From positions 1,267 to 65,266 of the forward strand of contig CALBPF010000339.1 of assembly GCA_937899105.1 (NCBI GenBank): 64,000 nt of DNA, given 5' to 3'. This DNA comes from an uncultured Flammeovirgaceae bacterium. GTDB taxonomy: Bacteria > Bacteroidota > Bacteroidia > Cytophagales > Cyclobacteriaceae. The notes beneath the pieces are model-generated. The model saw only the letters and a list, made by a program, of their open reading frames with translations, was not told the origin of the DNA and searched no databases. Both the position numbers and the translations under genes were made by a program. This document shows positions 47,601-54,590 of the stretch, in pieces; positions within the stretch are counted from its first letter, which is position 1, and every line of letters starts with the position of its first letter.

Positions 47601-49018
47601 GCCGAATACAACAGACATTTGCTGTAACTATTAGGCTAAAGGAAATTTTCACTTTTCCAACCATAGACAAACTGTCGCAGAGGCTGGAAAATGTCGAATC
47701 AGGAAGTGCAACGACGATCCCGAAAATTGAGCGGAAGGCATTCTATCAGACCTCATATGCACAGAAGCGATGTTACTTCGAGCAGGAAATTGACAAGCGA
47801 TCCACAATAAATAATACCACTAGCGTACACAGGATAATAGGAAAGTTAGATCATGATAAACTGGATAAGACGTTTCAAGCCCTGGTGGACAGACATGAAG
47901 GATTGAGGACACATTTTGAGGTATCAGGAAATGAAGTAGTCTCGCGTATAGAAGTAACGGCAAGTATTGCTTGCGAGTATTTGGATGGAATCGACTATCC
48001 GTTATTGGAAGAGGCCTTAGACGCCTTTATAAGACCATTTGATCTTTCCAGTTGCCCGCTTTTAAGGTATGGCATTTATCAAAATGATAAACAGGGTGAT
48101 TTTCTATTGGTGGATATACATCATATTGTCTGCGATGGAGTTTCTCTGAATATTCTAATGAACGACTTTATCCGCCTTTATTCAGGTGATACTTTGCCTC
48201 CGTTAGCGCTCGATTATGTGGATTATGCCGTATGGCAACAAGCTGGAATTGATACCCTGGAGAAACAACGTACTTATTGGGCAGAACAACTCTTACCGAC
48301 CTACTTTGAACCTGATCTGCCCACGTTACAAGACCGTGGATCGGTTAAGGTTCATGCTGCTGACCGCTCGGAACTAAAGATCTCGACAGAATTAAGTGAT
48401 AAGATTAAGAGTTATGTGACTGAGGCAGGTGTATCCAATTTTATGTTCTTCCTATCGTGTTATTACATTCTACTATCTAAAATGTCAGGAAGCGATGATA
48501 TTATTATAAGCACGAATTCTATTGGAAGAACACAGAAAGAACTCGAAAATATTGTAGGTTCCTTTGTTAACCTGATACCTCTCCGAGCTGATATTAAACC
48601 TGAAATGGTTTATGATGATTTTCTGTCACAGGTGAAAACTAATGTTTTGATGGCCCTGGAAAATCAGGACTTCCAATACGATGATATGGTCCTTATGACG
48701 GAAGGCAATGGGAGTAGCAACATTTTAGACCTGTTTTTCTCCTACATTAACTTCTTTGATGCTCAGTCAACTACTGGCGAGTTATCGTTTTCGCCGGTAA
48801 AACTGAAAGTCAATCAGGAGGTTGCCAGATTCGGACTTGAATTGATTATTTTTGAATACGGCGACCATTTCCAGGTAGGTTTAAGGTATAGTTCAGATCT
48901 CTATGACAGAGAAACAATAGAATTATTCACTCAGTACTACTATAATATTGTCCAGTGTGTATTACTTGATCGTAATATGACCATTGAAAATATTGAATTT
49001 GAATTTACAATGATATAA
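38522..49018 (+). CDS. NRPS-5: docking-C-A(Asp-like)-T-E-C(D-donor type)-Cprime-A(Thr)-T-C(terminal)
   Basis: 3498 aa, GTG start. C: IHHIISDAVS ~39101-39130. A: TSGSTGKPKG ~40495-40525, code DLSKIGHIGK. T: GGDSIKCIQ ~41650. E: HHLVVDGVSW ~42195-42230. C: HHILMDAWC ~43590-43620. Cprime: FHHIMVDRYS 44975-45004. A: TSGTTGVPKG ~46400-46430, code DFWNIGMVHK. T: GGHSI ~47570. Terminal C: IHHIVCDGVS ~48116-48150. The ORF ends with a complete C domain. Confidence 0.95.
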   Translation: MKVEKIISELTKKGAKLRVVDHSLKVNADHGVITPELQKLIREHKGDIINFITASAKSEQIPSTLQKPHYKLSYAQRPIYFLYEFDRSSLAFNLPYAVELKGELDKNQLEKVVNKLISRHESLRTYFELYKEEPVQKIAPELKLSIEYFKAGNGETDSVIESFIRPFNLEQLPLIRVGLIEVDDARHILLVDIHHIISDAVSMHILINDFVLLFKNEVLPEFSLKYKDYAEWQQQRFQNEINKQKQFWLNEFSESPNKFELPTDFVRPMVKSQKGDSFAFLLNDDHSQKLRSVAENTGTTLYMVLISVFNILLSKLSNREDITVGTSLAGRQHADLENIIGMFVNTLALRNYPEGKLSFEEFLMNLKNGALTCFDNQSYPYESLVEELEIERVSNRNPLFDVMFVSRNFGEYQFDLPGITIQPYELKQNISKFDFTLYVTEQTKNISLNFVYAADLFKRKTIKRFSSYFIKIVDAIVDHIKIKISDIDILSENERNRLLVEFNTTQFEFPKEKTIIDLFEDQSLKTPGNVAVVSNEGSITYLELSKKVKEWSNFLSANRSNSGIVALYMEPSIDMIIGILSIMRSGQAFLPLDPYQQSDRVQDILEDSECSLLLTQQNLADQLSFAGDKVIFDHKEKQHTKGKNNRRIQATDLCYLIYTSGSTGKPKGVKVQHNNQVNYAIWLKRTLDFSPDARSILTSSYAFDLGYSSIFPILISGGELHMIPRSLYYSSEDLVPYIEQNSITYLKVTPSLFKTIIASKSFKQGDFTNLNHIILGGESIVIEDVKKAHKMHDHITFVNHYGPTETTIGSIAQKIDFDSDETVTSIGRPIHNTRAFVLDQDQKPVPLGVPGELCLAGAGVGQGYFKQDELTNEKFISSPLYPYGKIYRTGDMARWLPNGIISFLGRSDNQVKIRGYRVELDEISHQLYNHEMISDAVVIMREEKESHQLVGYYVAEHEMTGAQLSNFLSYKLPDYMIPSHYIRLDQMPLNQNGKLDVKTLPDPELQSTEDYRMPTTDEDLLFADVWSQVLGIDKIGVTDSFFLLGGDSIKCIQVIGRVRNAGFRLTVQDIFTDQTIDKLALKLKKIETESDQSMVKGTAKLSPIQQLFWERETPDKHHYNQSVLLRFSKGISEQFAKKIFQKIQLHHDVLRSVFITGDHEIKQDIRGAEMPVSLEFFDLKDENDPEAFLSAKLDQIQSGIDLRQGPLMKLGLFQRENESLLAIVIHHLVVDGVSWRILLEDIETLYRQLQDGKQLSLASKTDSILSWSEQLARYVKSEQFEIGRSYWSEQKKRTIPSIPRDNSDRDNRVKNAKTVSFHLNENDTHKLRTHVNVPFKTEVNDILLAALLMSIDHCFNLKVIKIDLEGHGRERITEGTDVSRTVGWFTSIYPAVLEKTSNDLTKLVKEVKESLRGIPNKGIDYLICRSEDQDYQKDGNGATIRYNYLGQFDTEFKDKAFSLAERSKGREISPDWHRAYDLDFVAILTEKQLQIDLTFGQKQYKESTINFLMSTYHQRLVELINYCCDCNNIELTPSDLTYNLLPQRELDAIQKLYQVEDVYPLSPMQEGLFFHWLLDPESESYFEQKLLTVKGQLDATLVKKALNELIIRYDVLRTVFAREGMNRPLQIVLKARQLNVSFNDIRPELERKNKSEVIENYKVEDQRKKFDLSHDVLMRLIILQTDADEYEWIWSYHHILMDAWCMGIILKDFQKLYAKAGGNSTIALPQPDRYANYIQWLETRDNAVSKKYWGEYLSTYSKPVTLLEESLSPPEKGFSIPKEHITELDRHRVARLNEIAGKLGVTVNTILQTAWGLLMAKYNNVNDVVFGAVVSGRPSEVKGVEEMVGLFINTIPVRVKLDEKLPIDSVIKEVQQKALQSEKHQYQPLYEIQSLNRLGSELFDNIIAFENYPITSEIDGLNLDDTQEYRFENVRTFEYNSYHLTLYVFPGDSIHLRFVYSPTSYKESRVKELAARLKNIIYQIIENDEISVSEIELITQDERNEINDAITDYRRFNLALEKNIPVSYHQERLWFIDKFETGYLYENSPVYHNLPLVLNLNGDLNRGALEKSIHAIVQKYGILRTGIVSIDERPFQNIHEVSTFNLEFQDVTSQGAAQIENLVLKEVNLPFDLEKPLIRGRLFQTDKSAYKLVLVFHHIMVDRYSVRKLSEEIISIYDDYLSGSYAERFETALDYTGFLSWQKQSLSTLDTHFLSYWKPQLSEGLKPLELSTDRPRATVHTYTGAYLDVSIPRDLVAKLRAYELKSQISAEVLFMGMFNVLLNKYSQQEEIVIGTSALNRKHEISQSIIGPVANLIVIRSIVSSNTSFFEYVSHLKEVFDRGLEYQDMPFDKLVKELAPNKDMSRTALFDVLYQYEENVNPDRLTTANLNVSIQETNFGYGKYDLNLLLQSSEEDVQGKLVYNADYFDRSTIELFVKHYYSLIQSLLHQPTYKLSGIELIPDKERPELLAQFDNINVTFPKDKTIVELFKHQVTHTPGNIAVVFKGKTLTYAELDARSTKLAWVLRGKGVGSDQLVGILVDRSIEMVVGILAILKSGGAYLPIDTDYPKERIDFLIEDSGLKALLTTKDQQLGFSDNVSVLYIEDVDEMDDHVNEIDNVNKPSDLCYVIYTSGTTGVPKGVMVEHKNVVRLFFNDAFQFDFGPKDVWTMFHSHCFDFSVWEIFGALLSGGKLVIIPKMIARDTKVFWNILKEQKVTVLNQTPSAFYNLMEEDTQHPTPELDLRYVIFGGEALSPKKLASWRSKYPETMLINMFGITETTVHVTYKEIGDKEIDNNTSSIGKPIPTLSCHLFDQNQKLIPNGVIGELYVGGEGVSRGYLNNKELTNKRFIPNPYNPSERLYRTGDLARILKSGDIEYLGRIDNQVQLRGFRIELGEIEMQLSGYQDINECVVVAKEKQEHIYLAAYYVSQKEIEVSVLKSFLSDKLPEYMIPSFYIHLMEIPLTSNGKLDKTALPVPEIKTNENYESPLGATEEKMAVIWADILDIERDKISCYDNFFDLGGHSIIAVRLIGRIQQTFAVTIRLKEIFTFPTIDKLSQRLENVESGSATTIPKIERKAFYQTSYAQKRCYFEQEIDKRSTINNTTSVHRIIGKLDHDKLDKTFQALVDRHEGLRTHFEVSGNEVVSRIEVTASIACEYLDGIDYPLLEEALDAFIRPFDLSSCPLLRYGIYQNDKQGDFLLVDIHHIVCDGVSLNILMNDFIRLYSGDTLPPLALDYVDYAVWQQAGIDTLEKQRTYWAEQLLPTYFEPDLPTLQDRGSVKVHAADRSELKISTELSDKIKSYVTEAGVSNFMFFLSCYYILLSKMSGSDDIIISTNSIGRTQKELENIVGSFVNLIPLRADIKPEMVYDDFLSQVKTNVLMALENQDFQYDDMVLMTEGNGSSNILDLFFSYINFFDAQSTTGELSFSPVKLKVNQEVARFGLELIIFEYGDHFQVGLRYSSDLYDRETIELFTQYYYNIVQCVLLDRNMTIENIEFEFTMI
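44575..45870 (+). other. Extra C-like domain (Cprime) between the condensation domain and the Thr A domain of NRPS-5
   Basis: ~430 aa. Starts PVSYHQERLWFIDKFETGYLY..; active-site box HHIMVDRYS (Gly replaced by Arg). A C-terminal lobe is present (SYWKPQLSEG.., ..IGPVANLIVIR..). It is flanked on both sides by a copy of the C-A linker motif (ISVSEIELITQDERNEI.. and KLSGIELIPDKERPELL..). Confidence 0.75.
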
Positions 49019-49194
49019 ACGGATTGTAAAATCGCGGAAGCCCAAATATGTCAGGTGTTTACTTCGGCTTAGTTAAGCATGCGGTTTGATCCTCATAATC
49101 ATAGAATGGTCGCTCACTGCAAGATCGAAATCTTAGACTAGTAATACCTTGAACGAAGTTATCCGATAAAACGCTAACCATAAATTATATTATT

Positions 49195-50655
49195 ATGAAA
49201 ATACTCATTTTAAGCATCCTTAGTTTATTGTGCCATACCACTTTGGACCTGTACGGACAATCTAATAAATACTTCACCAGTGCAGGGCGTAAAATAGATG
49301 TCAATAGTTTTGATGCTGATATCCGGAAAATGATTGAAGAAATGGGAGTTCCAGCAGTGTCATTGGCTGTGATTAACAACAACGAAATTGTTTACTCCAA
49401 CACATATGGCGTAAAATCTACCTCCAAAAATAATAAAGCAAATAAAAATACAGTTTTCGAATCTTGCTCCCTGGGTAAGAGCTTTTTAGTGTTTGTAGTA
49501 TTGAAAATGGCCGAAGAAGGCAAGCTAGACCTGGACAAACCTGTTTTCGAATACCTTCCAAACCAAAAGCTTGAACACGACCCCCGGTATAAATTGATCA
49601 CTCCGAGAATGATTATTTCACACACCTCTGGTCTTGAAAACTGGCAACGTTATAACGATGAGAACAAGTTGGAAATATTGAAAACGCCAGGTGAGGCATT
49701 CACTTACTCCGGAGAGGGTATCAATTATTTAGCAGCGGCCATCGAGGCAATACTGGGCCGATCTTATGCAGAATATGTAAATGATATGATCATCGGTCCG
49801 CTTGACCTGGATCGTACTTTTTTAAATTTCAAAAGTCATACTATTATTCCCTTTTCAAAAGGCACGCCTTCTAATTTTGCTACCGGGCACAATTCTTTCG
49901 CTGAAGAATTCACTAAATTCAGAAATAGCGAACCTATTGCCGCAGGCGGCATTAACCAGACCGCTGAAGATTATGCTAAACTCTTCCTGGCCACTTTCGA
50001 TGGTAATTTTCTCTCCGAAGACATAAGGCAAGAGATCCTAAAGCCAGCTATATATTTTGACGATTCTACACGTTACATGGGCCATGGCTATGCAGTATTA
50101 CTTTATGAAAATGACACCATTATTTCTTTTAGCGGAAATAATCGCGGTTATAAGGGTGAAATACTATATTCCACTATTTCCAAGAATGGCTTTGTCTTCT
50201 TTTCTAACAGCGATCGAGGAAAATTAATGACCTCTCAGCTGAATAGCATGTCTGCACGTCTGCCACTTGGAAGTTATTTCAAAGGCTACTTTAAGCAATA
50301 TCCCAGTAAAGCCATTCAATTATTACAAGTATATCGAGAGAAGAGCTCCGAATCAATGTTTAAACATATAGCTAAAATGCATGAGTCTGGTAAAATCGAC
50401 GAAGATACCATGAATGAGCTTGGTGATGTATTTTTATATCATGACCTAACAATTTCTAAAAACATCCTTGAAATGTCCATAAAATGGTATCCTAATTCTG
50501 CTACGGCTTACTGCCTTATGGGACATGCTTATAAACAGTCCGATGATACTAGCCGCTCTTATAAGTACTTTTTGAAGGCTAAAGCATTAGGGTTTGATCT
50601 GTGGAATATCGACCGCTACATCCAGGAATATGAGAATAGCCAAGCGTCTCGTTAA
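49195..50655 (+). CDS. Secreted S12 / beta-lactamase-fold serine hydrolase with a C-terminal TPR-like region
   Basis: 486 aa. N-terminal signal-like MKILILSILSLLCHTTLDLYGQ. SxxK box SLGK (Ser 49468-49470). FTYSGEGINY (Tyr box) and ISHTSGL are typical of class C beta-lactamase / D-aminopeptidase relatives. The last ~110 aa are helical repeat-like. Confidence 0.75.
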   Translation: MKILILSILSLLCHTTLDLYGQSNKYFTSAGRKIDVNSFDADIRKMIEEMGVPAVSLAVINNNEIVYSNTYGVKSTSKNNKANKNTVFESCSLGKSFLVFVVLKMAEEGKLDLDKPVFEYLPNQKLEHDPRYKLITPRMIISHTSGLENWQRYNDENKLEILKTPGEAFTYSGEGINYLAAAIEAILGRSYAEYVNDMIIGPLDLDRTFLNFKSHTIIPFSKGTPSNFATGHNSFAEEFTKFRNSEPIAAGGINQTAEDYAKLFLATFDGNFLSEDIRQEILKPAIYFDDSTRYMGHGYAVLLYENDTIISFSGNNRGYKGEILYSTISKNGFVFFSNSDRGKLMTSQLNSMSARLPLGSYFKGYFKQYPSKAIQLLQVYREKSSESMFKHIAKMHESGKIDEDTMNELGDVFLYHDLTISKNILEMSIKWYPNSATAYCLMGHAYKQSDDTSRSYKYFLKAKALGFDLWNIDRYIQEYENSQASR

Positions 50656-50708
50656 CAGTGCATGGTATATTCATCTCATCTTTTAATGTTCTACAAAATT
50701 AAAATGTA

Positions 50709-51767
50709 ATGGCCAACCTTACTGAATTACAAAGCGCTATTGATCAGGCTTGTGAAGGAAGCTGCTTTAAAAAGATTGATGTCACTCGAGTTTCAGACAA
50801 GATCAAGCTGGGCGTAAGATTTGATGAAGACTTCCTTTTGGACAAATACAGGATTAAAAGAAACAAGTGGGAACTCCAAGGAGATTTGTTCTACATCAGC
50901 GATGGAGAACCTGAATACTTTTACAAAGACATCTTTATGAATGAATCCTATTTGGGAGATTGGTTAGAATTGCCTGAAGGCGCCATTATATTCGATGTAG
51001 GTTCCAACGTAGGCTATTTTTCAATGTTTGTTAATGCGAAGTTGAAAAATTATACATTGTATTCATTTGAACCCGCGCCCCATCTCTATAAGGCATTGGC
51101 TTTGAATTGCCTGAACCAAGGAATCCGTGCCAATATCTATAACTGCGGTTTGTTGGATCATACGGATGTAAAGTCATTCACTTTTTATAAGAACAGCTCC
51201 GGTCTGTCCTCATTCTATGGGGATCAGGAAGAAGAAGAGCAGATGTTGAGAGCTATGCTCACAGAAGATTTGCGGCGTGAGAATATTGAAGAATTTGATA
51301 TAGTACTTGATGAACTTACCCGCTACCGTCTTGAATCAGAGCAAATGAGTATTCCTACTTTACGGTTAAGTGATTTTATCTCACAAAACGGTATCAAAAC
51401 CATTGACCTGCTTAAAATAGATGCCGAGAAAAGTGAATATGAAATACTCAGGGGAGTTGATGAAGAGCATTTTGAGATAATCAACCAGATAGTAGTAGAG
51501 GTTCATGATATTGATGATAAATTACAAAAGGTAAAGAGCATTCTTGAACCTGGTTTTGACTTGAAAATCATGAAAGATGAAAACTATAAAGAAAATGTAA
51601 TGTATACAGTGTATGCGAAAAAAAGTAAACTTAGAAAGCTAAAAACAATTCATTCTACTGATGATATTAATAACCTGTTCCTGAAGCTGTTGGAAGACGA
51701 GGAGAATAACGAACTCTCTAACCTGATCGTTGATTCAGGAGTAGATTTTTCAGTAACGGTATATTAA
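50709..51767 (+). CDS. FkbM-family SAM-dependent methyltransferase
   Basis: 352 aa. IFDVGSNVGYFS (SAM glycine loop, FkbM type), YSFEPAP, LLKIDAEKSEYEIL, VVEVHD. Confidence 0.7.
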   Translation: MANLTELQSAIDQACEGSCFKKIDVTRVSDKIKLGVRFDEDFLLDKYRIKRNKWELQGDLFYISDGEPEYFYKDIFMNESYLGDWLELPEGAIIFDVGSNVGYFSMFVNAKLKNYTLYSFEPAPHLYKALALNCLNQGIRANIYNCGLLDHTDVKSFTFYKNSSGLSSFYGDQEEEEQMLRAMLTEDLRRENIEEFDIVLDELTRYRLESEQMSIPTLRLSDFISQNGIKTIDLLKIDAEKSEYEILRGVDEEHFEIINQIVVEVHDIDDKLQKVKSILEPGFDLKIMKDENYKENVMYTVYAKKSKLRKLKTIHSTDDINNLFLKLLEDEENNELSNLIVDSGVDFSVTVY

Positions 51768-51874
51768 AACGGAGCGGTTGTTAGGCCTTAAATACAAAAT
51801 TTAATCAACACAGTCTTTGTACTTTTTACAGCATGCAGAGACTCAATTTTCCTACTTAAAAATATAAGTACACC

Positions 51875-53731
51875 ATGTGCGGGATATGTGGATTTGTAAG
51901 ATTCGATAAAAAGGTAGCCGGTAAAGACAGACATATTATTCAGGAAATGAACAGCAAACTTTTACACCGGGGGCCTGATGATCAAGACGTTTTACTTTTT
52001 GAAAACGTTGCACTCGGCTTTAGCCGTCTGAGTATTATTGGACTGGACAATGGAATGCAGCCTGTATCGAATGAAGACGGATCGGTTATACTAATCTGTA
52101 ATGGTGAAATATTTAATTATATTGAGTTAAGAGAAGAACTAAAACAAAAAGGGCATACATTTCAGACTCTGTCGGATGTAGAGGTGATAGTGCACTTGTA
52201 TGAAGAGTATGGAGTGGAGTTTTTGAACGAGTTAAATGGACAGTTCGCTTTTACGTTGTATGATAAAAAAAGAAGGCTATTGTTCTGCGCGCGTGATCAA
52301 ATGGGTATAGTGCCTTTCTTTTACACCCTTGTTGATAACATGTTTGTTTTCGCCTCAGAGGTCAAGGCTATTTTAGAACATCCCCAGGTACCCAAAACCA
52401 TTGACCCGGTTGGGCTGGATCAAACGTTTACTTTCGCAGGGCTCATAAGTCCAAGAACGATGTTTAAAAACATTTCCAGCCTGGAAAATGGGCACTACCT
52501 GCTGGTGAATGATTATGGAGAAATAGTTGATGAGGAATATTGGGATCTTATCTATCCCAGCGGCGAGGTAAAAATGAACGGAAAGCAAGAGGAGCATTAT
52601 ATTGATGAACTGGAAGAGTTATTTGAAAATTCGATCCGATTGCGATTACGCTCTGACGTACCTTCAGGCTTTTACCTAAGCGGCGGACTAGACTCCTCTA
52701 TGATCGTAATGAAAGCCCATGAACTTGTGCCTTTAGCCGAAAAGGAGACATTTTCCATCGATTTCATGGACTCCGAACATTCTGAATCATTCTATCAAAA
52801 ATTGATTGCCAAGGAAAGTAATTCCAAATTGAACCAGAAAACGTTTTTTTACAATGATATCAGTGAAAGGCTACAGCATTCCATTTACCATAGCGAATGT
52901 CCCATAAAAGAAACTTATAACACGGCTTCGTTATCCTTGTCTGAGGCAGTGCGTGCAAAAGGAATCAAAGTGATCCAATCCGGGGAGGGAGCCGATGAGT
53001 TTTTTGCCGGATATGTAGGCTATCGGTTTGACAAGATGAGGACAATGGGCCTGGTTCAAAATCAATCTACTGTAGCTGAAAAAGCTATCAGGAACAGACT
53101 TTGGGGTGATGATTCATTCTTTTATGAAAGAAATTTCCTTGAGTTTGATGAAATCAAGCGTGCGTTATATTCTCCACACATTAATAAGGCCTTCGACGAG
53201 GTCAATTGCCTCAATCATCATGTAGTCCGTAAAGAAAGAATTGCAAATTTGGATGTACTCAACAAACGAGCCTACATCGATTATAAGATTAGATTAGTGG
53301 ACCACCTGGTTTCTGACCATGGAGATCGAATGGCGCTAGCTAACTCAGTAGAGGTCAGGTATCCCTTCCTGGATAAAGATCTCGTAGAGTATTCAACCCG
53401 GATACCTGCTCTGTTGAAATTGAATGACTTTACTGAAAAATACATCCTGAAAAAAATGGCGAACCGATTTGTGCCTGATAGGGTTTCGGAAAGGGAAAAA
53501 TTCCATTTTATAGCGCCAGGTAGTCCGTATTTGCTACAAAAAAATGTTGAATATATTAATGACCTACTCTCTCATGATATGATCAGGCGGCAAGGGTATT
53601 TTAACCCGGATAAGGTGGAAGAACTTAAAAATATCTATAAACAAGAAGGGTATACAATAAACGCGCCCTATGAAAGTGATATGTTAATCATAGTAATAAC
53701 ATTTGGGATCTTATTAGATCAGTTTTTTTAG
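51875..53731 (+). CDS. asnB: Asparagine synthetase B-like glutamine-dependent amidotransferase
   Basis: 618 aa. N-terminal nucleophile MCGICGF, NGEIFNY, PP-loop YLSGGLDSS, SGEGADEFFAGY. Confidence 0.85.
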   Translation: MCGICGFVRFDKKVAGKDRHIIQEMNSKLLHRGPDDQDVLLFENVALGFSRLSIIGLDNGMQPVSNEDGSVILICNGEIFNYIELREELKQKGHTFQTLSDVEVIVHLYEEYGVEFLNELNGQFAFTLYDKKRRLLFCARDQMGIVPFFYTLVDNMFVFASEVKAILEHPQVPKTIDPVGLDQTFTFAGLISPRTMFKNISSLENGHYLLVNDYGEIVDEEYWDLIYPSGEVKMNGKQEEHYIDELEELFENSIRLRLRSDVPSGFYLSGGLDSSMIVMKAHELVPLAEKETFSIDFMDSEHSESFYQKLIAKESNSKLNQKTFFYNDISERLQHSIYHSECPIKETYNTASLSLSEAVRAKGIKVIQSGEGADEFFAGYVGYRFDKMRTMGLVQNQSTVAEKAIRNRLWGDDSFFYERNFLEFDEIKRALYSPHINKAFDEVNCLNHHVVRKERIANLDVLNKRAYIDYKIRLVDHLVSDHGDRMALANSVEVRYPFLDKDLVEYSTRIPALLKLNDFTEKYILKKMANRFVPDRVSEREKFHFIAPGSPYLLQKNVEYINDLLSHDMIRRQGYFNPDKVEELKNIYKQEGYTINAPYESDMLIIVITFGILLDQFF

Positions 53732-53870
53732 GAAATAGTATTATCAGAGTTTCCCATCATTTTAAGCTTTTCTGGTAAGTAAATTGAGCCAGCGCTATAT
53801 GTAAGGTAGAAGGGGAATACGATCACACCTTATATAAAACGACTTACATCTAATTTAAAATCAGATAGAA

Positions 53871-54590
53871 ATGCCAGTAGAATCAAAACTAGATTTCAAA
53901 ACACTAAATGCAAATAAAAAGATACGGACAAAGAATTACTGGAGGAATAGGCTGTCAGGTTTTGAGTTCAGTTCCTACTTTGATCAGGGACCAGAGAAAG
54001 AGGCGCATGGCCAACTGGTCCACAGTATATCTGCGCCAAGATCTACGATAAAAGCGCTAAATAACGTAGCACAATCTGATAGAGCAAAACATGTTGTATT
54101 ATTGGCGGCATTAGGTGTCCTTATTCAAAAGAGTTCCTCATACTCGGATATAGCGGTTGTAACTTCTGTGTACAAGCGTGACGACCGTCCGGGAAGCTCC
54201 AATGTGGTTTTACCGGTAAGATTCGAGAAGTACAACGCTGAACTGTCATTTACAAGACTTCTTACTGTTTTAAGGGACAAATTGCTCAAAGATCTTGAGC
54301 ATGCTGACTATCCTATAGAAAAAATACTCGACAAAAGGTATGATGAACTAAAGCAGACTAATGTGATTGGGATGCATCTAACAGGGTTACAAGCAAGCCC
54401 TTTGCAAGCGCCGATGTCGTTTGATATGATCTTTGGCTTTTCTTCTGACCTTGATAACCTCAGACTAAGCATCGAATATGATCACGCGAGGCACAACCTT
54501 GCCTATGTAGCTCAGATTGGGCAATTGTATTTCAGTTTACTGGAGAAGCTAATTCTTCAAAGAGAAAAAGCGCTTAGCCAGATTGAAATT
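53871..54590 (+). other. N-terminally truncated C-like lobe at the start of NRPS-6
   Basis: It begins at the position equivalent to the mid-domain YW..L motif (KNYWRNRLSG). It lacks the whole N-terminal lobe and the catalytic His motif, and ends in the usual linker ALSQIEIISEIDKHKIINEFNQT. Confidence 0.65.
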
